DNA of 64,000 nucleotides from Eledone cirrhosa (lineage: Eukaryota), in assembly GCA_964016885.1 (NCBI GenBank), contig OZ024742.1, forward strand, positions 2,914,001-2,978,000. Reading direction: 5' to 3'. How positions within the stretch are numbered: position 1 is the stretch's first letter; every line of letters starts with the position of its first letter. A model generated the notes under the pieces. That model was not told the DNA's origin. It searched no databases and was given only the letters and a program-made list of their open reading frames with translations. The position numbers and the translations under genes were made by a program. This document shows positions 12,275 through 30,200 of the stretch, in pieces.

Positions 12275-15200
12275 ATACAGACTCACGCATCCAGACACAC
12301 ACATCCAGACACACACATCCAGACACACACATCCAGACACACACATCCAGAATCACACATGCAGACATACGCATCCAGACACACACATCCAGACACACAC
12401 ATCCAGACTCACACATCCAGACATACGCATCCAGACACATACACCCAGACACACGCATCCAGACACAAACATCCAGACACACACATCAAGACACGCACAT
12501 CCAGACACACGCATACAGACTCACACATCCAGACACACACATCCAGACACACGCATACAAACACACGCATCCAGACACAGGCATCTAGACACACACATCC
12601 AGACACACACATCCAGACACACACGTCCAGACTCATACATCCAGACACACACATCCAGACTAACACATCCAGACACACGCATACAAACACACGCATACAG
12701 ACACAGGCATCTTGACACACACATCCAGACACACACATCCAGACACACACATCCAGACTCATACATCCAGACACACAAATCCAGACTCACACATCCAGAC
12801 ACACACATCCAGACTCACACATACAGACACACGAATCCAGACACACACATCCAGACACACACATCCAGACACACACATCCAGAATCACACAAACAGACAA
12901 ACGCATCCAGACACACACATCCAGACTCACACATCCAGACATACGCATCCAGACACATACATCCAGACACACGCATCCAGACACAAACATCCAGACACAC
13001 ACATCAAGACACGCACATCCAGACACACGCATACAGACTCACACATCCAGACACACATATCCAGACACACGCATACAAACACACGCATCCAGACACAGGC
13101 ATCTAGACACACACATCCAGACACACACATCAAGACACACACATCCAGATTCATACATCCAGACACACACATCCAGACTCACACATCCAGACACATGCAT
13201 ACAAACACACGCATACAGACACAGGCATCTTGACACACACATCCAGACACACACATCCAGACACACACATCCAGACTCATACATCCAGACACACAAATCC
13301 AGACTCACACATCCAGACACACACATCCAGACTCACACATACAGACACACGAATCCAGACACACACATCCAAACACACACATCCAGACACACACATACAG
13401 AATCGCACATCCAGACACACACTTCCAGACACACGCATACATACACACACATCCAGACACACACATCCAAACACACGCATACAGACACACACATCCAGAC
13501 ACACACATCCAGACACACATATCCAGACACACACATCCAGACACACGCATCCGGACACACACATCCATACACACACACATCCAGACACACACATCCAGAC
13601 TTACACACCCAGACACACACATCCAGACACACGAATCCAGACACGCATCCAGACACACGCATCCAGACACACAGATCCAGACACACAGATCCAGACACAC
13701 ACATCCAGACTCACACATCCAGACACACACATCCAGACACACACACATCCAGACTCACACATCCAGACACACACATCCAGACACACACATCCAGACAAAC
13801 ATATCCAGACTCACACATCCAGACACACACATCCAGACACACAAATCCAGACACACAGATCCAGACACACACATCCAGACACACACATCCAGACTCACAC
13901 ATACAGACACACGAATCCAGACACACACATACAGACACACACATCCAGACACACACATCCAGACACACACATACAGAATCGCACATCCAGAGACACACAT
14001 CCAGACACACACATCCAGACACACACATCCAGACTCACCCATCCAGACACACACATCCAGACACACACATCCAGACACACACATCCAGACACACACATCC
14101 AGACACACACATCCACACTCACACATCCAGACACACACATCCAGACACACACATCCAGGCTCACACATCCAGACACACACATCCAGACACACACATCCTG
14201 ACAAAGACATCCAGACTCACACATCCAGACACACATCAAGACACACGCATCCAGACACACGCAGCCAGACACACGCATCCAGACACACACATCCAGTCAA
14301 ACGCAGCCAGACACACGCATCCAGACACACACATCCACACACACACATCCAGACACACACGTACAGAATCACACACCCAGACACACACATCCAGACTCAC
14401 ACATCCAGTCATACACATCCAGACTCACACATCCAGACACACACATCCAGACACACACATCCAGACTCACACAGCCAGACACACGTATCCAGAATCACAC
14501 ATCCAGACACACACATCTAGACACACACATCCAGACACACACATCCAGACACACACATGCAGACTCACACATCCAGACACACACATCCAGACTCACACAG
14601 ACAGACACACGTATCCAGAATCACACATCCAGACACACACATCCAGACACACACATCCAGACACACACATCCAGACACACACATCCAGACTAACTCATAC
14701 AGACACACACATCCAGAATCACACATCCAGACACACACATCCAGACACACACATCCAGACACACACATCCAGACTAACTCATACAGACACACACATCCAG
14801 ACTCACACATCCAGACTCACACATCCAGAATCACACATCCAGAATCACACATCCAGACACACACATCTAGACTCACACATCCAGACACTCACATCCAGAC
14901 TCACGCATCCAGACATACACACCCAAACATACACATCCAGACACACACATCCAGACACACACATCCAAACTCACACATCCAGACACACACATCCAGGCAC
15001 ACACATCCAGACTCACACAGCCAGACACACGCACCCAGAAACACACATCCAGAATCACACATCCAGACACACACATCTAGACTCACACATCCAGACACTC
15101 ACATCCAGACACACGCATCCAGAGATACACACCCAGACACACACATCCAGACACACACATCCAGACACACACATCCAGACACACATATCCAGACACACAC

Positions 15201-18200
15201 ATCCAGACACACACATCCAGACTCATACATCCAGACACACACATCAAGACTCACACATCCAGACACACACATCCAGACTCACACATACAGACACACGAAT
15301 CCAGACACACACATCCAGACACACACATCCAGACACACACATAGAGAATCGCACATCCAGACACACACATCCAGACACACGAATCCAGACACACGAATCC
15401 AGACACGCATCCAGACACACGCATACAGCACACACATCCAGACACACACATCCAGACACACACATCCAGACACACACATCCAGACACACAGATCCAGACA
15501 CACACATCCAGACTCACACATCCAGACACACACATCCAGACACACACATCCAGACACACACATCCAGACACACACATCCAGACACACATCCAGACACACA
15601 CATCCAGACACACACATCCAGACTCACACATCCAGACACACACATCCAGACACACACATCCAGACTCACACATCCAGACACACACATCCAAACACACACA
15701 TCCAGACACACACATCCAGACACACACATCCAGACACACACATCCAGACACACACATCCAGACTCACACATCCAGACACACACATCCAGACACACACATC
15801 CAGACTCACACATCCAGACACACACATCCAAACACACGCATACAGACACACACATCCAGACACACACATCCAGACACACATATCCAGATACACACATCCA
15901 GACACACGCATCCAAACACACACATCCATACACACACACATCCAGACACACACATCCAGACTTACACACCCAGACACACACATCCAGACACACGAATCCA
16001 GACACGCATCCAGACACACGCATCGAGACACACAGATCCAGACACACAGATCGAGACACACACATCCAGACTCACACATCCAGACACACACATCCAGACA
16101 CACACATCCAGACTCACACATCCAGACACACACATCCAGACACACACATCCAGACAAACATGTCCAGACTCACACATCCAGACACACACATCCAGACACA
16201 CAAATCCAGACACACACATCCAGACACACACATCCAGACACACACATCCAGAGACACACATCCAGACTCACACATCCAGACACACACATCCAGACACACA
16301 CATCCAGACTCACACATCCAGACACACACATCCAGACACACACATCGAGACACACACATCCAGACACACACATCCAGACACACCCATCCAGACTCCCACA
16401 TCCAGACACACACATCCAGACACACACATCCAGACTCACACATACAGACACACGAATCCAGACACACACATACAGACACACACATCCAGACACACACATC
16501 CAGACACACACATACAGAATCGCACATCCAGACACACACATCCAGACACACACATCCAGACACACACATCCAGACTCACCCATCCAGACACACACATCCA
16601 GACACACACATCCACACACACACATCCAGACACACACATCCAGACACACACATCCAGACTCACACATCCAGACACACACATCCAGACACACACATCCAGA
16701 CTCACACATCCAGACACACACATCCAGACACACACATCCAGACAAACATATCCAGACTCACACATCCAGACACACATCAAGACACACGCATCCAGACACA
16801 CGCAGCCAGACACACGCATCCAGACACACACATCCAGACAAACGCAGCCAGACACACGCATCCAGACACACACATCCACACACACACATCCAGACACACA
16901 CGTACAGAATCACACACCCAGACACACACATCCAGACTCACACATCCAGTCATACACATCCAGACTCACACATCCAGACACACATCCAGACACACACATC
17001 CAGACTCACACAGCCAGACACACGTATCCAGAATCACACATCCAGACACACACATCTAGACACACACATCCAGACACACACATCCAGATGCACACATCCA
17101 GACACACATATCCAGACACACACATCCAGACTCACACATCCAGACACACACATCCAGGCACACACATCCAGACTCACACAGCCAGACACACGCACCCAGA
17201 AACACACATCCAGAATCACACATCCAGACACACACATCTAGACTCACACATCCAGACACTCACATCCAGACACACGCATCCAGACATACACATCCAGACA
17301 CACACATCCAGACACACACATCCAAACACACGCATACAGACACACACATCCAGACACACACATCCAGACACACATATCCAGACACACACATCCAGACACA
17401 CGCATCCAGACACACACATCCATAAACACACACATCCAGACACACACATCCAGACTTACACACCCAGACACACACATCCAGACACACGAATCCAGACACG
17501 CATCCAGACACACGCATCCAGACACACAGATCCAGACACACAGATCCAGACACACACATCCAGACTCACACATCCAGACACACACATCCAGACACACACA
17601 TCCAGACAAACATATCCAGACTCACACATCCAGACACACACATCCAGACACACACATCCAGACACACACATCCAGACACACACATCCAGACACACACATC
17701 CAGAGACACACATCCAGACACACACATCCAGACTCACACATCCAGACACACACATCCAGACACAGACATCCAGACTCACACATACAGACACACACATCCA
17801 GACACACACATCCAGACACACACATCCAGACACACACATCCAGACACACACATCCAGACACACACATCCAGACACACACATCCAGACACACACATCCAGA
17901 CTCACACATCCAGACACACACATCCAGACACACACATCCAGACACACACATCCAGACACACCCATCCAGACACACACATCCAGACACACACATCCAGACT
18001 CACACATCCAGACACACACATCCAGACACACACATCCAGACTCACACATCCAGACACACACATCCAAACACACGCATACAGACACACACATCCAGACACA
18101 CACATCCAGACACACATATCCAGACACACACATCCAGACACACGCATCCAGACACACACATCCATACACACACACATCCAGACACACACATCCAGACTTA

Positions 18201-21200
18201 CACACCCAGACACACACATCCAGACACACGAATCCAGACACGCATCCAGACACACGCATCGAGACACACAGATCCAGACACACAGATCCAGACACACACA
18301 TCCAGACTGACACATCCAGACACACACATCCAGACACACACATCCAGACTCACACATCCAGACACACACATCCCGACACACACATCCAGACAAACATATC
18401 CAGACTCACACATCCAGACACACACATCCAGACACACAAATCCAGACACACACATCCAGACACACACACATCCAGACACACACATCCAGAGACACACATC
18501 CAGACTCACACATCCAGACACACACATCCAGACACACACATCCAGACTCACACATCCAGACACACACATCCAGACACACACATCCAGACACACACATCCA
18601 GACACACACATCCAGACACACCCATCCAGACTCCCACATCCAGACACACACATCCAGACACACACATCCAGACTCACACATACAGACACACGAATCCAGA
18701 CACACACATACAGACACACACATCCAGACACACACATCCAGACACACACATCCAGACACACACATCCAGACTCACCCATCCAGACACACACATCCAGACA
18801 CACACATCCACACACACACATCCAGACACACACATCCAGACACACACATCCAGACTCACACATCCAGACACACACATCCAGACTCACACATCCAGACACA
18901 CACATCCAGACACACACATCCAGACAAACACATCCAGACTCACACATCCAGACACACATCAAGACACACGCATCCAGACACACGCAGCCAGACACACGCA
19001 TCCAGACACACACATCCAGACAAACGCAGCCAGACACACGCATCCAGACACACACATCCACACACACACATCCAGACACACACGTACAGAATCACACACC
19101 CAGACACACACATCCAGACTCACACATCCAGTCATACACATCCAGACTCACACATCCAGACACACACATCCAGACACACACATCTAGACTCACACAGCCA
19201 GACACACGTATCCAGAATCACACATCCAGACACACACATCTAGACACACACATCCAGTCACACACATCCAGATAGACACATCCAGACTCACACATCCAGA
19301 CACACACATCCAGACTCACACAGCCAGACACACGTATCCAGAATCACACATACAGACACACACATCCAGACACACACATCCAGACACACACATCCAGACT
19401 AACTCATACAGACACACACATCCAGAATCACACATCCAGACACACACATCCAGACACACACATCCAGACACACATATCCAGACTAACTCATACAGACACA
19501 CACATCCAGACACACACATCCAGACTCACACATCCAGAATCACACATCCAGAATCACACATCCAGACACACACATCTAGACTCACACATCCAGACACTCA
19601 CATCCAGACTCACGCATCCAGACATACACTCCCAAACATACACATCCAGACACACACATCCAGACACACACATCCAGACTCACACATCCAGACACACACA
19701 TCCAGGCACACACATCCAGACTCACACAGCCAGACACACGCACCCAGAAACACACATCCAGAATCACACATCCAGACACACACATCTAGACTCACACATC
19801 CAGACACTCACATCCAGACACACGCATCCAGACATACACATCCAGACACACACATCCAGACACATACATCCAAACACACGCATACAGACACACACATCCA
19901 GACACACACATCCAGACACACATATCCAGACACACACATCCAGACACACGCATCCAGACACACACATCCATACACACACACATCCAGACACACACATCCA
20001 GACTTACACACCCAGACACACACATCCAGACACACGATTCCAGACACGCATCCAGACACACGCATCCAGACACACAGATCCAGACACACAGATCCAGATA
20101 CACACATCCAGACTCACACATACAGACACACACATCCAGACACACACATCCAGACAAACATATCCAGACTCACACATCCAGACACACACATCCAGACACA
20201 CACATCCAGACTCACACATCCAGACACACACATCCAGACACACACATCGAGACACACACATCCAGACACACACATCCAGACACACCCATCCAGACTCCCA
20301 CATCCAGACACACACATCCAGACACACACATCCAGACTCACACATACAGACACACGAATCCAGACACACACATACAGACACACACATCCAGACACACACA
20401 TCCAGACACACACATACAGAATCGCACATCCAGACACACACATCCAGACACACACATCCAGACACACACATCCAGACTCACCCATCCAGACACACACATC
20501 CAGACACACACATCCACACACACACATCCAGACACACACATCCAGACACACACATCCAGACTCACACATCCAGACACACACATCCAGACACACACATCCA
20601 GACTCACACATCCAGACACACACATCCAGACACACACATCCAGACAAACATATCCAGACTCACACATCCAGACACACATCAAGACACACGCATCCAGACA
20701 CACGCAGCCAGACACACGCATCCAGACACACACATCCAGACAAACGCAGCCAGACACACGCATCCAGACACACACATCCACACACACACATCCAGACACA
20801 CACGTACAGAATCACACACCCAGACACACACATCCAGACTCACACATCCAGTCATACACATCCAGACTCACACATCCAGACACACACATCCAGACACACA
20901 CATCCAGACTCACACAGCCAGACACACGTATCCAGAATCACACATCCAGACACACACATCTAGACACACACATCCAGACACACACATCCAGATGCACACA
21001 TCCAGACACACATATCCAGACACACACATCCAGACTCACACATTCAGACACACACATCCAGGCACACACATCCAGACTCACACAGCCAGACACACGCACC
21101 CAGAAACACACATCCAGAATCACACATCCAGACACACACATCTAGACTCACACATCCAGACACTCACATCCAGACACACGCATCCAGACATACACATCCA

Positions 21201-24200
21201 GACACACACATCCAGACACACACATCCAAACACACGCATACAGACACACACATCCAGACACACACATCCAGACACACATATCCAGACACACACATCCAGA
21301 CACACGCATCCAGACACACACATCCATAAACACACACATCCAGACACACACATCCAGACTTACACACCCAGACACACACATCCAGACACACGAATCCAGA
21401 CACGCATCCAGACACACGCATCCAGACACACAGATCCAGACACACAGATCCAGACACACACATCCAGACTCACACATCCAGACACACACATCCAGACACA
21501 CACATCCAGACAAACATATCCAGACTCACACATCCAGACACACACATCCAGACACACACATCCAGACACACACATCCAGACACACACATCCAGACACACA
21601 CATCCAGAGACACACATCCAGACACACACATCCAGACTCACACATCCAGACACACACATCCAGACACAGACATCCAGACTCACACATACAGACACACACA
21701 TCCAGACACACACATCCAGACACACACATCCAGACACACACATCCAGACACACACATCCAGACACACACATCCAGACACACATCCAGACACACACATCCA
21801 GACACACACATCCAGACTCACACATCCAGACACACACATCCAGACACACACATCCAGACTCACACATCCAGACACACACATCCAGACACACACATCCAGA
21901 CACACACATCCAGACACACCCATCCAGACACACACATCCAGACACACACATCCAGACTCACACATCCAGACACACACATCCAGACACACACATCCAGACT
22001 CACACATCCAGACACACACATCCAAACACACGCATACAGACACACACATCCAGACACACACATCCAGACACACATATCCAGACACACACATCCAGACACA
22101 CGCATCCAGACACACACATCCATACACACACACATCCAGACACACACATCCAGACTTACACACCCAGACACACACATCCAGACACACGAATCCAGACACG
22201 CATCCAGACACACGCATCGAGACACACAGATCCAGACACACAGATCCAGACACACACATCCAGACTGACACATCCAGACACACACATCCAGACACACACA
22301 TCCAGACTCACACATCCAGACACACACATCCCGACACACACATCCAGACAAACATATCCAGACTCACACATCCAGACACACACATCCAGACACACAAATC
22401 CAGACACACACATCCAGACACACACACATCCAGACACACACATCCAGAGACACACATCCAGACTCACACATCCAGACACACACATCCAGACACACACATC
22501 CAGACTCACACATCCAGACACACACATCCAGACACACACATCCAGACACACACATCCAGACACACACATCCAGACACACCCATCCAGACTCCCACATCCA
22601 GACACACACATCCAGACACACACATCCAGACTCACACATACAGACACACGAATCCAGACACACACATACAGACACACACATCCAGACACACACATCCAGA
22701 CACACACATACAGAATCGCACATCCAGACACAAACATCCAGACACACACATCCAGACACACACATCCAGACTCACCCATCCAGACACACACATCCAGACA
22801 CACACATCCACACACACACATCCAGACACACACATCCAGACACACACATCCAGACTCACACATCCAGACACACACATCCAGACTCACACATCCAGACACA
22901 CACATCCAGACACACACATCCAGACAAACACATCCAGACTCACACATCCAGACACACATCAAGACACACGCATCCAGACACACGCAGCCAGACACACGCA
23001 TCCAGACACACACATCCAGACAAACGCAGCCAGACACACGCATCCAGACACACACATCCACACACACACATCCAGACACACACGTACAGAATCACACACC
23101 CAGACACACACATCCAGACTCACACATCCAGTCATACACATCCAGACTCACACATCCAGACACACACATCCAGACACACACATCTAGACTCACACAGCCA
23201 GACACACGTATCCAGAATCACACATCCAGACACACACATCTAGACACACACATCCAGTCACACACATCCAGATAGACACATCCAGACTCACACATCCAGA
23301 CACACACATCCAGACTCACACAGCCAGACACACGTATCCAGAATCACACATACAGACACACACATCCAGACACACACATCCAGACACACACATCCAGACT
23401 AACTCATACAGACACACACATCCAGAATCACACATCCAGACACACACATCCAGACACACACATCCAGACACACATATCCAGACTAACTCATACAGACACA
23501 CACATCCAGACACACACATCCAGACTCACACATCCAGAATCACACATCCAGAATCACACATCCAGACACACACATCTAGACTCACACATCCAGACACTCA
23601 CATCCAGACTCACGCATCCAGACATACACTCCCAAACATACACATCCAGACACACACATCCAGACACACACATCCAGACTCACACATCCAGACACACACA
23701 TCCAGGCACACACATCCAGACTCACACAGCCAGACACACGCACCCAGAAACACACATCCAGAATCACACATCCAGACACACACATCTAGACTCACACATC
23801 CAGACACTCACATCCAGACACACGCATCCAGACATACACATCCAGACACACACATCCAGACACATACATCCAAACACACGCATACAGACACACACATCCA
23901 GACACACACATCCAGACACACATATCCAGACACACACATCCAGACACACGCATCCAGACACACACATCCATACACACACACATCCAGACACACACATCCA
24001 GACTTACACACCCAGACACACACATCCAGACACACGATTCCAGACACGCATCCAGACACACGCATCCAGACACACAGATCCAGACACACAGATCCAGATA
24101 CACACATCCAGACTCACACATACAGACACACACATCCAGACACACACATCCAGACAAACATATCCAGACTCACACATCCAGACACACACATCCAGACACA

Positions 24201-27200
24201 CACATCCAGACACACACATCCAGACACACACATCCAGACACACACATCCAGACACACACATCCAGACACACACATCCAGACACACACATCCAGACACAGA
24301 CATCCAGACTCACATATACAGACACACACATCCAGACACACACATCCAGACACACACATCCAGACACACATCCAGACACACACATCCAGACTCACACATC
24401 CAGACACACACATCCAGACACACACATCCAGACACACACATCCAGACTCACACATCCAGACACACACATCCAGACTCACACATCCAGACACACGAATCCA
24501 GACACACACATCCAGACACACGCATCCACACACACGCAGCCAGACACACGCATCCAGACTCACACATCCAGACACACACATGCAGACTCACACATCCAGA
24601 CACACACATCCAGACTAACTCATCCAGACACACACATCCAGACACACACACACAGACACACGCATCCAGACAGACGCATCCAGACACACACATTCAGACT
24701 CACACATCCAGACTAACTCATACAGACACACACATCCAGACTCACACATCCAGCCACACACATCCAGACACACACATCCAGACTCACACATCAAGACACA
24801 CACTTCCAGACACACGCATACATACACACACATCCAGTCTCACACATCCAAACGCACGCATCCAGACACACACATCCAGACACACACATCCAGACACACA
24901 CATCCAGACACACACATCCAGACACACGCATCCATACACACACATCCATACACACACACATCCAGACACACACATCCAGACTCACACACCCAGACACACA
25001 CATCCAGACACACGCATCCAGACACACATATCCAGACACACACAATCAGACACACGCATCCAGACTCACACATCCAGACACACACATACAGACACACGCA
25101 TCCAGACTCACACATCCAGACACACACATCCAGACACACACATCCAAACATACACATCCAGACACACACATCCAGACACTCACATGCAGACACACACATC
25201 CAGACTCACACATCCAGACACACACATCCAGACACACACATCCAGACTCACACATCGAGACACACACATCGAGACACACACATCCAGACTCACACATCCA
25301 GACACACACATCCAGATACACACATCCAAGGCACACGCATGCAGACACACACATCCAGACACACACATCCAGACACACACATCCAGACAGACGCATCCAG
25401 ACACACACATTCAGACTCACACATCCAGACACACATATACACACACACGCATCCAGACACACGCCTCAAGACACACGCATACAGACACACACAGCCAGAC
25501 ACACACATCAAAACACACGCATCCAGACACGCACATCCAGACACACACGTACAGAATCACACATCCAGACACACGCATCCTGACACACACATCGAGACAC
25601 ACACATTCAGACTCACACATCCAGAAACACACATCCAGACACTCACATCCAGACACACACATGCAGAGAGACGCCTCCAGACACAAACATTCAGACTCAC
25701 ACATCCAGACACACACATCCAGATACACACATCCACACACACGCATCCCGACACACGTATCAAGACACACGCATACAGACACACACAGCCAGACTCACAC
25801 ATCCAGACACACACATCCAGACACACACATCCAGACACACGCATGCAGACACACACATCCAGACTCACACATCCAGACATACACATCCAGACACTCACAT
25901 CCAGACACACACATCCAGACAGACGCATCCAGACACACACATTCAGACTCACACATCCAGACACACACATCCAGACACACACATCCAGAATCACACATCC
26001 AGGCACAGACATCCAGACACACCCATCCATACACACGCATCCAGACACACACATCCAGACACACACATCCAGACACACGCATCCAGACATACAGATCCAG
26101 ACACACACATCCAGACATACACATCCAAACACTCACATCCAGACACACACTTCCAGACAGACGCATCCAGACACTCACATTCAGACTCACACATCCAGAC
26201 ACACACATCCAGACACACACATCCAGACTCACACATCCAGGCACAGACATCCAGACACACCCATCCATACACACGCATCCAGACACACACATCCAGACAC
26301 ACACATCCAGACACACGCATCCAGACATACAGATCCAGACACACGCATCCAGACACACACATCCAGACACACGCATCCAGACACACACATCCAGACTCCC
26401 ATATCCAGACACACACATCCAGACACACACATCCAGACTCACACATCCAGACACACACATCCAGACACACGCACATCCAGACACACACGTACAGACTCAC
26501 ACATCCAGACACACGCATCCAGACACACGCATCCAGACACACGCAACCAGACACACACATCCAGACACACATACCCAGACACACACATCCAGACACACGC
26601 ATCCAGACACACACACATCCAGACACACACATCCAGACACACACATCCAGACACACACATCCAGACACACATACCCAGACACACACATCCAGACACACGC
26701 ATCCAGACACAGACATCCAGACTCATACATCCAGACACACGAATCCAGACACACACATCCAGACACACACATCCAGACTCACATATCCAGACACACACAT
26801 CCAGACTCACACATCCAGACACACATATCCAGACACACACATGCAGACACACACATCCAGACACACGCATCCAGACACAGACATCCAGACTCACACATCC
26901 AGACACACATATCCAGACACACACATCCAGACACACGCATCCAGACACAGACATCCAGACTCACATATCCAGACACACACATCCAGACTCACACATCCAG
27001 ACACACATATCCAGACACACACATCCAGACACACACATCCAGACACACGCATCCAGACTCACACATCCAGACACACATATTCAGACACACACATCCAGAG
27101 ACACACATCCAGACACACGCATCCAGACACAGACATCCAGACACACACATCCAGACACACATATCCAGACACACACATCCAGACACACGCATCCAGACAC

Positions 27201-30200
27201 AGACATCCAGACTCACACATCCAGACACACACATACAGACACACGCATCCAGACTCACACATCCAGACACACACATCCAGACTCACACATCCAAACATAC
27301 ACATCCAGACACACACATCCAGACACACACATGCAGACACACACATCCGGACTCACACATCCAGACATACACATCCAGACACTCACATCCAGACACCCAC
27401 ATCCAGACAGACGCATCCAGACACACACATTCAGACTCACACATCCAGACACACACGTCCAGACACACACATCCAGACACACACATCCAGACTCACACAT
27501 CCAGGCACAGACATCCAGACACACGCATCCAGACATACACATCCAGACACACACATCCAGACATACACATCCAGACACACACATCCAGACACACGCATCC
27601 AGACACACACATCCAGACTCACATATCCAGATACTCACATCCAGACACACACATCCAGACACACACATCCAGACTCAAACATCCAGACTCACATATCCAG
27701 ACACACGCATCCAGACACACACATCCAGACACACGCATCCAGACACACGCACATCCAGACACACACGTACAGAATCACACATCCAGACACACGCATCCAG
27801 ACACACGCATCCAGACACACGCATCCAGACACACACATCCAGACACACACATCCAGACACACGCATCCATACATACACATCGAGACACACACATCCAGAC
27901 ACACACATCCAGACACACACATCCAGACACAAACATCCAGACACACACATCCAGACACACATACCCAGACACACACATCCAGACACACGCATCCAGACAC
28001 ACACATCCAGACTCATACATCCAGACACACGAATCCAGACACACACATCCAGACACACACATCCAGACTCATACATCCAGACACACGAATCCAGACACAC
28101 ACATCCAGACACACACATCCAGACTCACACATCAAGACTCATACATCCAGACTCATACATCCAGACACACGAATCCAGACTCACACATCCAAACATACAC
28201 ATCCAGACACACACATCCAAACACACACATGCAGACACACACATCCAGACTCACACATCCAGACATACACATCCAGACTCACACATCCAGACACACACAT
28301 CCAGACACACACATCCAGACTCACACAGCCAGACACACGCATCCAGAAACACACATCCAGACACACACATCCAGACACACACATCGAGACACACACATCC
28401 AGACTCACACATCCAGACACACACATCCAGACTCACACATCCAGACACACGCATGCAGACACACACATCCAGACTCACACATCCAGACATACACATCCAG
28501 ACACACACATCCAGACACACACATCCAGACAGACGCATCCAGACTCACACATTCAGACTCACACATCCAGACACACACATCCACACACACGAATCCAGAC
28601 AGACGCATCAAGACACACGCATACAGACACACACAGCCAGACACACACATCAAAACACACGCATCCAGACACGCACATCCAGACACACACGTACAGAATC
28701 ACACATCCTGACACACGCATCCAGACACACACATCGAGACACACACATCCAGACTCACACATCCAGACACACACATGCAGACACACACATCCAGACACAC
28801 GCATGCAGACACACACATCCAGACTCACACATCCAGACATACACATCCAGACACTCACATCCAGACACACACATCCAGACAGACGCCTCCAGACACACAC
28901 ATTCAGACTCACACATCCAGACGCACACATCCAGACACACACATCCACACACACGCATCCAGACACACGCATCAACACACACGCATACAGACACACAGAG
29001 CCAGACTCACACATCTAAACACACGCATCCAGACACGCACATCAAGACACACACGTACAGAATCACACGTCCAGACACACGTATCCAGACACACGCATCC
29101 AGACACACACATCCAGAGACACACATCCAGACACACACATCCAGACACACACATCCAGACACACATACCCAGACACACACATCCAGACACACGCATCCAG
29201 ACACACACATCCAGACTCACACATCCAGACACACGAATCCAGACACACACATCCAGACACACACATCCAGACTCACACATCCAGACTCACACATCCAGAC
29301 ACACACATCCAGACTCACACATCCATCCACACACATCATGACACACACATCCATACTCACACATCAAGACACACACTTCCAGACACACGCATACATACAC
29401 ACACATCCAGTCTCAGACATACAAACACACGCATCCAGAAACACACATCCAGACACACACATCCAGACACACAAATCCAGACACACACATCCAGACACAC
29501 ACATCCAGACACACACATCCAGACACACGCATCCAGACACACACATCCAGACCAACACATCCAGACACACACATCCAGACACCACCTCCTGACTCACACC
29601 TCCAGAATCACACATCCAGACACACACATCCAGACACACATATCCAGACACACGCATGCAGACACACACATCCAGACTCACACATCCAGACATACACATC
29701 CAGACACACACATCCAGACACACACATCCAGACAGACGCATCCAGACTCACACATTCAGACTCACACATCCAGACACACACATCCACACACACGAATCCA
29801 GACAGACGCATCAAGACACACGCATACAGACACACACAGCCAGACACACACATCAAAACACACGCATCCAGACACGCACATCCAGACACACACGTACAGA
29901 ATCACACATCCTGACACACGCATCCAGACACACACATCGAGACACACACATCCAGACTCACACATCCAGACACACACATGCAGACACACACATCCAGACA
30001 CACGCATGCAGACACACACATCCAGACTCACACATCCAGACATACACATCCAGACACTCACATCCAGACACACACATCCAGACAGACGCCTCCAGACACA
30101 CACATTCAGACTCACACATCCAGACGCACACATCCAGACACACACATCCACACACACGCATCCAGACACACGCATCAACACACACGCATACAGACACACA

